This document shows, piece by piece, positions 37,501-46,661 of a stretch of DNA of 53,751 nucleotides (position 1 is the stretch's first letter; every line of letters begins with the position of its first letter). Made by a program: the position numbers and the translations under genes. This DNA is from Candidatus Brocadiia bacterium (GTDB lineage: Bacteria; Planctomycetota; Uabimicrobiia; Uabimicrobiales; JABWCH01): NCBI GenBank assembly GCA_013359215.1, contig JABWCH010000011.1, forward strand, positions 1-53,751. The letters run 5' to 3'. The notes under the pieces are model-generated. The model did no database searches, was not told where the DNA came from, and was given only the letters and a program-made list of their open reading frames with translations.

Positions 37501-38563
37501 CTACAATTTTGTTGTAGGGTATAAATCCCTTGTTTCTGCACTGGACAAGAAAGAGATTGTTGGAGTGATAAGCATTCCTATGATCTACAGACAATCCGAG
37601 GTAAAAAGAGAAATTTCCGAAATGATGGCAACCGTTCTGACGATTTATATTCTCATCTTTTTTATAGTCATGGTAATAGGAATCATTCTTGCCCACCAGA
37701 TCACAAGACCTCTTGCTCATCTCATGAAAGCAATCCATAGTGTTTCTAGCGGAAATCTCGATATTATGATCCCCATCACTTCGAAAGACGAATTCGGTGA
37801 GCTGGTAGACTCTTTTAACCGCATGACAAAAGACCTGAAAACAAGCCGAGAGCGTTTAATTCAGGCAGAAAAAGATGCTGCCTGGCGAGAAATGGCAAGA
37901 CAGATAGCCCACGAAATCAAAAATCCTCTAACACCCATGAAGCTTTCTGCCCAACATATCCAGAGAGCATATAAAGACCAGGCAAAAAACTTCGATAAAA
38001 TTTTGGATAAAGGAATTTCCAACATCATTGATGCCATTGACTCTCTTTCCAAAACCGCATCTAGCTTCTCCGAGTTCGCCAGGTTCACCAAGCCAACGCT
38101 TGCTATGTATGCCTTAGAACCTCTATTTTCAGACTGTATAGAACTATTTGCCCACTATGCAGAACAAAATATCCATATCACAGCCCAAATACAGCCCAAT
38201 CTTCCCAAAGCCATTACAGACCCACACCAGTTAAAACGAGTTTTATTTAACCTTCTAACCAATGCAGTGCAAGCCATCAAAAATCCCCCAGGACAAATCG
38301 TCCTTGCTTGCCAGAAAGCCACAGAGGACAGCAAAAAAATTCTGATTACTATACAAGACAATGGTTCAGGCATTCCAGAAAACATCAAGCCCCACCTCTT
38401 TGAACCCAATTTTTCTACCAAAACCCATGGAAGCGGTTTGGGCCTAGCCATTTGTAAACGCGCCATAGACCACATGGGCGGCAATATTTCTATCCAAAGC
38501 CAGGAAGGCAAAGGAACGCAAGTAGTTATAGCTTTATATACAGAATTACCAAAATCATCCTAA
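34580..38563 (+). CDS. Large polytopic sensor histidine kinase (NtrY-like, HAMP)
   Basis: Many TM segments; HAMP (ITRPL..L...DEFGEL..SFN.M); H-box AHEIKNPLTP; DNGSG, FSTK and GSGLGL. Confidence 0.92.
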   Translation: MGIYSIYFALKSKPAIFLFLFWLFSLCCVEVDYQMNRSQVKKSWQDYRDQNLRDISQSIQGHFYEMERLSFSVLDEMLLKTSILQEITYTNPSEGSLKIFQALNEFSFPMDLNRRGIAVYNHLRQCIAWKNCDFNPAPHLLEECLKGERFSTIVKSGRGVFVVLCTFVPIPHPKLREYIGVAVCFLPLDSNYPLSTRYIKSQSFAQKMLQEYPVQDISISYEVLFSTSPLAENSMQRSLQSVNGQQLGSLILTSLPQDTTLQSLKKKRNGLLQINTCFFLFFLFAYICFQSYKIGIAIWKQNLLAIFLLILLRAIWFAFHFPNQILPSYFSSPNVFHSLIFSVWSDSLGNLLITCLLFFIVSRLLLIQTRVCSWDMGKHKSFLFSCLAAILFCLFFSWGNQFLYTIVYSLVKHASFPLFDFTNLTPNFDSFILYICILLLAFSFFFFSISLWNVWQKFQKSSLNSIFYLSGISFILVFAMELSPLCLWSVFFFSCAMIAYLYRFPKRYELFYIFLLFTVSFSVYPFLQYSAKTKTRALLQDKAEEFQESFIRHTLKESLDAIENSPELIRSLEQKKNDIAFLLWAKTDLSERLDNLELMVYSKNEENHKTAGTFQLFSQFSLNMPNPLWYRPLLQKVKNEQKQLLENLPGISPEGKNMLFYLASLPIHNSKDKIIASVVLITRYPQIAQSLPVPEVFAKKPTLASIPLLMANFENQNMFVSNNPYVSKNFKPSPQVIKEVQENQKNLWIEESIENCEYDNFYFLWVSKAWLESRKEWTTKETIGMIGYPLPSQITKIFHLLQFFVSGFAFFLAPLFLARILYHLLKQGISLNKIRLPFEYKILISFLLISGIPVFIMGILNKEKAISQIWESYAKNLTESLQNAEKAMREETYVPLTVDEMDPKMPNDDFCKSWGERNRSMLNVYLSSQPFLLATNRRELFYTELLPTRISGAAYYQLILEKKEIYITLESIADYNFVVGYKSLVSALDKKEIVGVISIPMIYRQSEVKREISEMMATVLTIYILIFFIVMVIGIILAHQITRPLAHLMKAIHSVSSGNLDIMIPITSKDEFGELVDSFNRMTKDLKTSRERLIQAEKDAAWREMARQIAHEIKNPLTPMKLSAQHIQRAYKDQAKNFDKILDKGISNIIDAIDSLSKTASSFSEFARFTKPTLAMYALEPLFSDCIELFAHYAEQNIHITAQIQPNLPKAITDPHQLKRVLFNLLTNAVQAIKNPPGQIVLACQKATEDSKKILITIQDNGSGIPENIKPHLFEPNFSTKTHGSGLGLAICKRAIDHMGGNISIQSQEGKGTQVVIALYTELPKSS

Positions 38564-38696
38564 AATAATACTTGCCACAATACGTGCGCATTAGTTCAGC
38601 AATTAGGTTGATTCTCGTGCCATGTTCTTTTTATCGTGCAACGCCCTCTCCTCATTCCTCTGCGACCTTTGCGCCTCTGCGGTTAATTATTTTTTA

Positions 38697-39437
38697 TCAA
38701 TATGTTGCAATAGGTACAAAAACTTTTGAACAAATACCTATAAAGTCTATTATGGCTTTTTGGCTATTATAAAAGGCAATATCCATACGCCAATGTTTGT
38801 GGTTTCTGTCGCCTGCTGTGTTGGATACCCCGCGAATTTCCATAAACGGTTTTCCATAGCTTGTCGCTACCTGCGCCACAGCAGAGCCTTCCATATTTTC
38901 TCCCAAAGCCCCAAACCTTTTCTCTAAAACTTTGGCTACTTTTCTGCTACCGCTGACAGTGGAAACCGTGAGCATGCTTCCATAATATACTTTATAGGGG
39001 AGGGGCACAAAAAGCTCTTGTGTTTTACAAAGAAAACGATGCCAGTATTTTTTATCGTGTATTTTTAAAAAGCTAAAAGAAAATTTTTCAGGGCTTTGCC
39101 ATCCATGGGAGTCTTTGATTCCATAATCTCCGTGAATCTCTTCCTGTGCTACAATCACATCGCCTTGCTTGATATTTTCCTTATAAGATCCGCAGCAGCC
39201 TACCATCCAGACTTCGGAAAAATTCTTTTGGCTCATTAGAACAGCAGAATTGGCAGCAGCATTGACGACTCCAATCCCAACATTTGCCAAAGTATAGCAT
39301 GTACTTTTATGCTGGAACTGCCATATTTCCTGACAACATTCAGGCAGCTTTCTGTACTTTTTGCAAGTGCTGTTAAAACGCTGGCAAATATGCTCTATCT
39401 CGGCTTTTACAGCAGAAAGAATCAGGATATTTTTCAT
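38697..39437 (-). CDS. mqnB: Futalosine hydrolase (PNP/MTAN family)
   Basis: GIGVVNAA, TVSTVSG, ENMEGSAVA and EIRGVSN..GDR...W motifs. Confidence 0.8.
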   Translation of the reverse strand: MKNILILSAVKAEIEHICQRFNSTCKKYRKLPECCQEIWQFQHKSTCYTLANVGIGVVNAAANSAVLMSQKNFSEVWMVGCCGSYKENIKQGDVIVAQEEIHGDYGIKDSHGWQSPEKFSFSFLKIHDKKYWHRFLCKTQELFVPLPYKVYYGSMLTVSTVSGSRKVAKVLEKRFGALGENMEGSAVAQVATSYGKPFMEIRGVSNTAGDRNHKHWRMDIAFYNSQKAIIDFIGICSKVFVPIATY

Positions 39438-39447
39438 ATTTTTCTAT

Positions 39448-39605
39448 CCTATCTCAAAACTAAAAAGGTATGAATCACGAATGAGACGAATATATAAATT
39501 ACGCGAATGAAACTTTTATAAAAACTATTCGTGCCATTCATCATTCGTCTTATTCGTGATAAAAATCTTTGCTTTTTCGGAAAACATTAAACTTCTTAGT
39601 TTCTA
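39448..39605 (-). repeat. Family A element, copy 2 (reverse orientation)
   Basis: Reverse complement of the 2095-2263 element; its terminal TAG is the stop codon of the aminotransferase. Confidence 0.9.
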
Positions 39606-40892
39606 TTTGGGAGCATTTTTCATAATCCCTTCCAAAATTTCCAATGCCTGGGCGATCTGGTTTTCTGTAACGATCAGAGGAGGCATAAACGTAAGGACAT
39701 TGCGGGATGGCCCTGTTTTTCCCAGAAGCAGCCCTTGATTTTTAGCCTCTTCCAATATGCTATCGGTCAAACCAGGATAAGGAGATAGTGCTGAGGGGCC
39801 TAATTCCATTCCAAACATCAGCCCCTTTCCACGAACATCTCCTATCAATTCAGGGAATCTTTCCTTGAGCTTTTGCAGTCCTTTTGCCAGGATTTGGCCT
39901 TTTAGAAAAGAAGATTGTATCAGATTGTCTCGAACCAGAATTTCCAAAAACTTTCTTCCTGCTTCCATGCTGACAGGATTTCCGCCAAAAGTAGAAGCCC
40001 CAGGCCGTTTATAGGCTTGAGCGATTTCTTCCTTTGCCGAGAAAAATCCAACAGGCGTTCCGCCGCCCAGGGATTTTCCTCCACAAACAATATCAGGTTC
40101 TACTTCATAGTGTTCCATGGCAAATTTTTTGCCTGTTCTCCCAAAACCAGTCTGCGTTTCATCTACAATGAAAAGACCACCTGCTTTTTTTACAATATCG
40201 TATACCAATTGGAAATAGCGATCTGGGGGAACTGTGATGCCGCCATTTCCCTGGATAGGTTCTGCAATAAAAGCAGCGATTTTTCCAGAAGTGCATGTAG
40301 AAATGATTCTCTCTATTTCCAAGGCACATTGCATATTGTCGTTTTCTGGTTGATGGCAATGATAACAGCATGGTACTGGTGCGTGGCTAATTCCGCCAAC
40401 AGGAAAAGGGTCTGTACGCCAAAAGCTCAACCCCGTAAGGCTCATGCCTAACTTTGTTCTGCCGTGAAGGCTATTTTGCAAGACAATAAATTCGCTTCTC
40501 CCAGTATACAAAGATGCCAGCAAGCAAGCACCTTCCACTGCTTCCGTAGCACTAGCGCAAAAAAAGGTTCTAGGTATATTCCACGGAGAAAACATAGCCA
40601 ATGCTTCTGCAAGGTTTACAATGGACTCCTGCAAATAGATTGTGGTTGTATGCTGTAGTGTTTTTACCTGATCGCAAATCGCCTCTACCATTTCTGGATG
40701 GCAATGCCCCAAAGCATGGACAGAAACTCCTGCATAAAAATCCAGATACTTTTTACCTTTATGATCATACATATACATACCACTCCCCCTCACAAATTGG
40801 GGAGGATCTTTATAAAAATGGTAAACACAAGGCATAAGATACTTTTGCTTTTTTGCCAGAATTTCTTCTGGGCCAATCCATAAATCTTTCAT
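39603..40892 (-). CDS. Class III PLP-dependent aminotransferase (AGXT2/GabT-like)
   Basis: YLDFYAG..V..LGH.HP, EPIQGNGG, DETQTGFGRTG, GKSLGGG and STFGGNP motifs. Confidence 0.9.
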   Translation of the reverse strand: MKDLWIGPEEILAKKQKYLMPCVYHFYKDPPQFVRGSGMYMYDHKGKKYLDFYAGVSVHALGHCHPEMVEAICDQVKTLQHTTTIYLQESIVNLAEALAMFSPWNIPRTFFCASATEAVEGACLLASLYTGRSEFIVLQNSLHGRTKLGMSLTGLSFWRTDPFPVGGISHAPVPCCYHCHQPENDNMQCALEIERIISTCTSGKIAAFIAEPIQGNGGITVPPDRYFQLVYDIVKKAGGLFIVDETQTGFGRTGKKFAMEHYEVEPDIVCGGKSLGGGTPVGFFSAKEEIAQAYKRPGASTFGGNPVSMEAGRKFLEILVRDNLIQSSFLKGQILAKGLQKLKERFPELIGDVRGKGLMFGMELGPSALSPYPGLTDSILEEAKNQGLLLGKTGPSRNVLTFMPPLIVTENQIAQALEILEGIMKNAPK

Positions 40893-40971
40893 AATTTGTT
40901 GTCTTTCTTTATCTGCATACTCTGCGTCTCTGCGCTGAAATCATAATGGGGAAGTTATTTAATTCTCATCG

Positions 40972-42147
40972 CTAAGCATAGGAAACTTTGCGAGAAGTGC
41001 GGAATTTAGCACCAAAGAAGTAGAGGAGAATTTTGTCTACCCTTTTGGCCCAGGATGCTTCGTTGTGTTCGCCTTCTTCGTCTTCCATATATTCCAAATC
41101 ATCGTGGAGGCGGAAGCCTTTTGCTATGAGTGCATCTCTTAAGGCTCTTGTATCTCTTACTGCCATATTGATACCATTGATTTCATAGCCTTCCATCATT
41201 CCTATATCTAACCAGATTTTGATAGGTGGTTTGCTTCGCGATTTTTTGACCATCTTTAAAATGTCTCGGTTGTCCCACCAAACAGACGGAGAAACAACGC
41301 CTGCCATGGAAAAGACTTTGGAGTATTTCCATGCTATATACAAAGAAACAAGACCACCCAGAGAAGATCCCATAATTCCTGTATATTGTCGGTCTTTGAG
41401 TGTGCGGTATTTTGTATCGATAAAGGGCTTCAGGTCGTTGATGATAAAGTCTGCGTACAGATCCGCTTTACCACCTCCCTGGTTGGGGACATAAACGTGG
41501 GTATATTCTCTGTCTCGCTGGCTATTGTTTTCTATGGCTACAATGATAATTTCGCGGATTTTTTTTTCTTTAATCAGCTTTTCTGCTGTTTCATCTAGTT
41601 CCCATTCTACTCCCAAAAAGGCTGTTGCCTTGTCGAATACATTGTTTCCATCATGAGTGTATAAAACAGGATAGTGCTGGTTTGTGTTTTTTTCATATCC
41701 AGGAGGTAAATAAACCCATATTGTGCGTTTATTGTTTAGCTTTGTGGCTTTAAAATTTTTGTGGGTCTGGATATTCCCGCAGATGGTATGCTTTTTCGCT
41801 GGATTAGGTTGTCCCATATCACCCCAGTTGTCTATTTTCAAATTTATAACCCTCCCTTGCTTGACTAGCAAGGAACGATTGGGGCGATCATGAAATTCTT
41901 CATTTTTTTCCACAGTATTCCAATCCCCTCGCGTGAATTTATATTGTAAATATGTATCTTTAGGCAAGATTATGCTCGTTTGATAACGGCCAGGTGCTAC
42001 ATTTTTCAAGGGGCAACCTTTGGGATCCCAATTTTTGAGCTTAGGATGGTTGCCTGTCATATAGATTGTAGAATTTGTATTTTCTGGAACTTCTACGAGG
42101 AAAGTCACTCGTACATTCGGACTTTTTAAGCTAACGACTGTATTCAT
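40972..42147 (-). CDS. CBM20 starch-binding domain plus alpha/beta-hydrolase esterase
   Basis: IYMTGN..L..W.P, YKFTRG.W; YLPPGY, HDGNN, GSSLGG and H.E.SW. Confidence 0.85.
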   Translation of the reverse strand: MNTVVSLKSPNVRVTFLVEVPENTNSTIYMTGNHPKLKNWDPKGCPLKNVAPGRYQTSIILPKDTYLQYKFTRGDWNTVEKNEEFHDRPNRSLLVKQGRVINLKIDNWGDMGQPNPAKKHTICGNIQTHKNFKATKLNNKRTIWVYLPPGYEKNTNQHYPVLYTHDGNNVFDKATAFLGVEWELDETAEKLIKEKKIREIIIVAIENNSQRDREYTHVYVPNQGGGKADLYADFIINDLKPFIDTKYRTLKDRQYTGIMGSSLGGLVSLYIAWKYSKVFSMAGVVSPSVWWDNRDILKMVKKSRSKPPIKIWLDIGMMEGYEINGINMAVRDTRALRDALIAKGFRLHDDLEYMEDEEGEHNEASWAKRVDKILLYFFGAKFRTSRKVSYA

Positions 42148-42166
42148 ATATTATGATATCCCCTTT

Positions 42167-42499
42167 TCAAAGAAGAATTCCTATAAAAAAACCAAACACA
42201 AAGGTTAAGAAAGGGATAAGCCAATAGAAAAATTTTTTTTTGGATACTACAATTTCTTGCATTTCTTTAAAACAATAAGGGCAGGATAGTTCATATCCAA
42301 TATAGTTGCAATTAGAGCATTTTCTTTTTTGGTTCTCGATTTCGACTTCTTGATCTATATCAGGAAAACGTTGAATTTGCAATAGCGTATTGCAAGAGGA
42401 ACAGACGATTTGGTCTTCGGTAAAGGAAGGTGATACCTGTAAAACAGCTCCACAAGGACACAAAAATTCTTGCATTTCCATGGTTATTTTTTGCTCCAT
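42167..42499 (-). CDS. Small Zn-ribbon protein with a C-terminal TM helix
   Basis: CPCG, CSSC, CSNC and CPYC; hydrophobic C-terminus; overlaps the kinase stop. Confidence 0.65.
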   Translation of the reverse strand: MEQKITMEMQEFLCPCGAVLQVSPSFTEDQIVCSSCNTLLQIQRFPDIDQEVEIENQKRKCSNCNYIGYELSCPYCFKEMQEIVVSKKKFFYWLIPFLTFVFGFFIGILL

Positions 42500-44028
42500 T
42501 TTATATGGTTTATTTCAATTTTTGCAGATTTTAAAGATAATGTTATTAGCGCATTTCCTTTTAAGATTTTGGTTTTTTCAGGCAGAGGGATCTCCATACC
42601 AAAGAAAAAAATTTCCTTGCTGTTGCCTTCAATAGTAAAATTTTGCACAAATGTTTTTGGGTAAAAAGAAATACGGTATTGCTTCTCTTCCAGGCGTATC
42701 AGAATCTCTAGCTTGCTTCCAGGTCTTGGCATGCTATGGATTTGCTGAAGCAAAAATTCCATAGAAAGGCGAAAGGGCTTGTTGGGCAATTCCCATGTAA
42801 TTTGGGATTCTCTGAATCCTTTAGCCGTCCCTTGTAATTTTTTGCCATAGATTTTCCATGTCCCTGAAATTTCTTTTGCTATTGGACCTCTCTGGTCAAA
42901 AAAAACAAGGTTTTTTTCCTGATAGTTTTTGGCTGGAGCATGGATATGAAAAAGATAAAAAATTATACAAAAAAACAAAATAATAAAAATAACCAAAATA
43001 TAGGAATAGAAAAATGCTCTTTTCTTCTTTTCCATGGCGACTGGATGTATAGGCAATGAGCTTTTTAGCTTATGCTCTAAAACTTCCATAGAAGGAAGGC
43101 TGCTTTGCTTTTCTTGCAAATGACTGTTTTCGGGCAGCATAAGTTTATTAAAAGACAAAGAAGGAGAATCCTCTTTTTCTTGCTTTAAGCAAACAAGAGG
43201 ATTCTCTGCCATAAAAGGTATAATGTCTTCCAATAAAAAATCGATAGATTGATAGCGTTCATCTAAAGAACGAGCCATCATTTTTTTTATGATGATCTCT
43301 AATCCTTGGGGGAGGGATGGAATAATGCTTAAAGGCGAAATGGGTGGTGAATAAAGACGCGAAGCTGCTATAGCAAGAGGGGTATTTTCCTGAAAGGGCA
43401 ATTTCCCTGTAATCATAAAATAGAAAATCACCCCTAGAGAATATATGTCACTCCTTGCATCCATTGTTTTTCCCTCGCATTGCTCAGGAGAGAGATAATG
43501 AGGAGAGCCTAAGAGTTTCTCTGGCGTGAAATCAGGCATATTGTGCTCTAATAGCTTTACCAGGCCAAAGTCCACAATCTTTAGAATACCCTTTTTGTGG
43601 ATTAGTATATTGTCTGGTTTTATATCTCTATGGATTACGCCGTGAAGGTGTGCTACTTTTAAACCTAAGGCTATTTGATGGAGAAAGTTTAGGGCAAGAG
43701 GCAAGGGGAGAGGGGATTCTCTTTCGATTTTTTTTTGTAAGCTCTCTCCTTCCACAAACTCCATCTGGATAAAATAATGCCCATTTTCCTCTCCTACTTG
43801 CATGATTCTTACGATATAAGGGCTGTCTAAACGAGCGGTTGTCCTGGCTTCCAGAAAGAATTGTTCTACCAATTGGGGGTTTTTATTAAAACGAGAATCC
43901 AGAAACTTGATGACAACAGGGATATCCAGGTTGATGTTCCATGCTTTGTAAACGCTTCCCATTCCCCCTTGTCCAAGCAATTGTTCGATCCGACAGCCAG
44001 CAATGGTTTGGTTGATCAAATTTTCCAT
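42484..44028 (-). CDS. Transmembrane Hanks-type Ser/Thr protein kinase
   Basis: GQGGMG, VIK, HRDIKPDN, DFG and YLSPE; one TM helix; C-terminal extracellular beta domain. Confidence 0.94.
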   Translation of the reverse strand: MENLINQTIAGCRIEQLLGQGGMGSVYKAWNINLDIPVVIKFLDSRFNKNPQLVEQFFLEARTTARLDSPYIVRIMQVGEENGHYFIQMEFVEGESLQKKIERESPLPLPLALNFLHQIALGLKVAHLHGVIHRDIKPDNILIHKKGILKIVDFGLVKLLEHNMPDFTPEKLLGSPHYLSPEQCEGKTMDARSDIYSLGVIFYFMITGKLPFQENTPLAIAASRLYSPPISPLSIIPSLPQGLEIIIKKMMARSLDERYQSIDFLLEDIIPFMAENPLVCLKQEKEDSPSLSFNKLMLPENSHLQEKQSSLPSMEVLEHKLKSSLPIHPVAMEKKKRAFFYSYILVIFIILFFCIIFYLFHIHAPAKNYQEKNLVFFDQRGPIAKEISGTWKIYGKKLQGTAKGFRESQITWELPNKPFRLSMEFLLQQIHSMPRPGSKLEILIRLEEKQYRISFYPKTFVQNFTIEGNSKEIFFFGMEIPLPEKTKILKGNALITLSLKSAKIEINHIKWSKK

Positions 44029-44039
44029 TTTCGTAAGAG

Positions 44040-44516
44040 CTATTCTAAAAAGACACGTTCTATCAATCTTTCTAAAACTTCATCAGAAAATACAGGCAAT
44101 TTCTCAAAGCCTTCTGAAGAATTTTCATTCAGAACCCAAACTAAATTTTCAGGATAGGAAGCCATAGAATCAGGATTAACAATTAAATGTAAATAAGTAT
44201 ATTGCGCCAGAGAACGCGAGTTATGGCGCAAGCGGATCGTTCCTTTTGAGCTATCCAGGTTCACTCCCTCTGGGACAAAGTCTAAATATTTTTCAAGGCA
44301 TTTTAGCTTAAGTGCCTTAATTTGGGATGTTGCGCTTGCTGTTTCCCCTACCATATACCGATAGATTGTAATTTGCTGTATTGCTTTGACTTTTTTTTCG
44401 ATCCATTCAAATAAACGGACTGCGGATTCCTGGTATACGTGAAAATTTTTTTTATTTTCTTTCAGGGCAAGCTCTTTGTTTTTGAGTCTTTCTTCTAGTT
44501 TTTTTGCCCAATCCAT
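44040..44516 (-). CDS. Hypothetical protein
   Basis: ORF in operon; ATG (MDWAKK) preceded by GGGGAG. Confidence 0.65.
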   Translation of the reverse strand: MDWAKKLEERLKNKELALKENKKNFHVYQESAVRLFEWIEKKVKAIQQITIYRYMVGETASATSQIKALKLKCLEKYLDFVPEGVNLDSSKGTIRLRHNSRSLAQYTYLHLIVNPDSMASYPENLVWVLNENSSEGFEKLPVFSDEVLERLIERVFLE

Positions 44517-44576
44517 CTTGATGCTCCCCAATCAATAGTTCTTGTTTGCCACGGAAAAGTTATTTGATTCTCATCT

Positions 44577-45389
44577 TTAGCGTGTTTTTTGTAAAGGATA
44601 AAAGCGTAAAATGCTCTCCAACACGCTTCCAGAAATTGTCCTTGCTTTATCGGAAATTTGCCAGCAATATTCCTGGACTCCTCTAGGATCAATGTCTCCT
44701 ATTTTTAGGTCTTTGCTGCAAAAATACCCTGGTTGTATAAGCCCACGCAAAACTCCCGATATACCAGCATAAGCAGGAGCAATTCCTGTGTACCCTATTA
44801 TACTACTCTTTTCTACAATATCACCAATTTTTTTTTGTGTATTGAAAAAACCATCGCTTTCTGCCCGAATCACTCTTTCCGAGGTATAGCCATTTATATC
44901 TCCTGGAATTTTTGTATCAGCAAAGGCATATCCTTTTTGGATGATTCTCCCTAGATTATGCCCACGCATGGTTTCTATGCAAAAATGCACATCTTTTCCA
45001 GCGTCAAATCCTGGCCCGACTCCTATGACAAGAGGCGCGTCCTGTATCTGGGTAAAGAGATTTTTTTTTGCAAGAATCGCATCAATGAGAATTTGTGGTT
45101 TCAAAGATTCCCGAATCCGAGCCAGAGGGTCTACAAGAACGGCGATTTCCGACTTTTGCAAAACATCATAAACTGATTCGCTGTCAGTTAGTCTTGCAGT
45201 AACTCCTTCTACTGTCATTTCTTTCGTAAATACGGCTTGAGCAAAAGAAACACCTCTTCGTATCACACTGGGAAATTCTATCTCTGTCATCACAACAGCA
45301 AAACCAGAATTGAACAATCGGTGGGCTATCCCTGATGCCATTTCGCCCGCGCCTTTAATCAGAGCAATGAATTTTTCCATTTCAGCCAT
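44577..45389 (-). CDS. yqeB: Selenium-dependent molybdenum hydroxylase system protein, YqeB family
   Basis: KGAGEMASG, IRRGVSF, DAILAK, GPGF, ETMRGH.LG, GDIDPR and ISDKAR motifs. Confidence 0.9.
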   Translation of the reverse strand: MAEMEKFIALIKGAGEMASGIAHRLFNSGFAVVMTEIEFPSVIRRGVSFAQAVFTKEMTVEGVTARLTDSESVYDVLQKSEIAVLVDPLARIRESLKPQILIDAILAKKNLFTQIQDAPLVIGVGPGFDAGKDVHFCIETMRGHNLGRIIQKGYAFADTKIPGDINGYTSERVIRAESDGFFNTQKKIGDIVEKSSIIGYTGIAPAYAGISGVLRGLIQPGYFCSKDLKIGDIDPRGVQEYCWQISDKARTISGSVLESILRFYPLQKTR

Positions 45390-45970
45390 TCTTCCTTTGT
45401 ATCTATGTCTAAAATTACTTCAGGTGTAGGAGATGATAACGCCAAGATTTTTTCTTTATTTCTTTGCAAAATTTCCCTCGCGCCTTTGTCTCCCTCAAGC
45501 TTTTCTATTTGCGGGAAATAAAAGCGGGGAATTAAAACAGGATGCCCTTGGTTTCCCTGATATACTGGTAAAATAATTTGATTGGATTCCTGGAAAGCAT
45601 ATAAAATTTTTTCCATGGTTTCCGATGTTATAAAAGGCATATCCGAAAGCACAATCAATATAGCCTCTGTATCTGGGCTAATAGCAGAAAGACCTGCTTT
45701 GATGGAAGTTGCCATTCCCTGGCGGAAATCGTGGTTTATGATGATGTCTATTCCACGAGATTCTTCCATTAGGGAAAGGCTAAATAGCGCGTCCTGATAT
45801 CGATCCCCTAAAATTAGAATACGAGAATCGAAAGGGACTTTTTGAATAGCACGCAGACACCAGGAAATGAGAGGCGATCCAGAAAACTCTATAAACAGCT
45901 TAGGCATTTTCATCCTACGGGAGCACCCTGCTGCCAAAACTAAAGCTGCGACTTTTTTAGTCATCAACAT
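45359..45970 (-). CDS. mocA: Molybdenum cofactor cytidylyltransferase (MocA/YgfJ family)
   Basis: LAAG.SRRM..K, GMATSI..G, DMP, GHPV, GDKGAR and DIDT motifs. Confidence 0.85.
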   Translation of the reverse strand: MLMTKKVAALVLAAGCSRRMKMPKLFIEFSGSPLISWCLRAIQKVPFDSRILILGDRYQDALFSLSLMEESRGIDIIINHDFRQGMATSIKAGLSAISPDTEAILIVLSDMPFITSETMEKILYAFQESNQIILPVYQGNQGHPVLIPRFYFPQIEKLEGDKGAREILQRNKEKILALSSPTPEVILDIDTKEEWLKWKNSLL

Positions 45971-45974
45971 CAGG

Positions 45975-46472
45975 CTACTTCATTTTGGGATGCAATAAGC
46001 TCAAGCGTGTCGCTATAAAGCTAATGAGCATATTGGCTTCTTCATAGTTATGCCCAGCATGATACCATTCTGCCTCAGACGGGGCAAGGGAATTATCCAT
46101 GTCGCGGTTTTGTTCTCTTGGAACGCAAAGCTTGATTACATATTGTGGGCCTGCTGGTGTTTCATTATCCAGATCCAGAGGTTTAGAAAGATCGCTGGCA
46201 TCTACGCTGCTATCGTATTCCTCGATTTTCATAATGACTTTATCTCTAAAGCCTTCAAGATAATGGATAGACATTTGCTTGCGCCATTCTGTTTCTATTT
46301 CTCGCTTCTCTTTGGATGCCTTCACTATATCGTAGCGTTTGCTTAAAACCTGATATCCTGTGTTCCATATAGTATCAAAAGAGTAAGATAATGCTGGAGA
46401 AGAAACCCATTCGCAGGTATTGCAAGCCATTAGAAGACAAGCGATGAAAAAACACAAAAGTCTAGAAACCAT
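45975..46472 (-). CDS. Hypothetical lipoprotein
   Basis: Signal peptide with LMAC lipobox. Confidence 0.65.
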   Translation of the reverse strand: MVSRLLCFFIACLLMACNTCEWVSSPALSYSFDTIWNTGYQVLSKRYDIVKASKEKREIETEWRKQMSIHYLEGFRDKVIMKIEEYDSSVDASDLSKPLDLDNETPAGPQYVIKLCVPREQNRDMDNSLAPSEAEWYHAGHNYEEANMLISFIATRLSLLHPKMK

Positions 46473-46493
46473 GATGAATACCTTAAAAAACGT

Positions 46494-46660
46494 TAGAAAC
46501 TAAGAAGTTCAATGTTTGCTGAAAAAGCAAAGATTTTTATCGCGAATAAGACGAATGGTCGAATGGCACGAATAGTTTTTATAAAAGTTTCATTCGCGTA
46601 ATTTGTATATTCGTCTCATTCGTGATTCATACTTTTTGGTTTCGGCTTGTCCGAGATAGG
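46494..46660 (+). repeat. Family A element, copy 3
   Basis: Near-identical to 2095-2263. Confidence 0.9.
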
Positions 46661-46661
46661 A

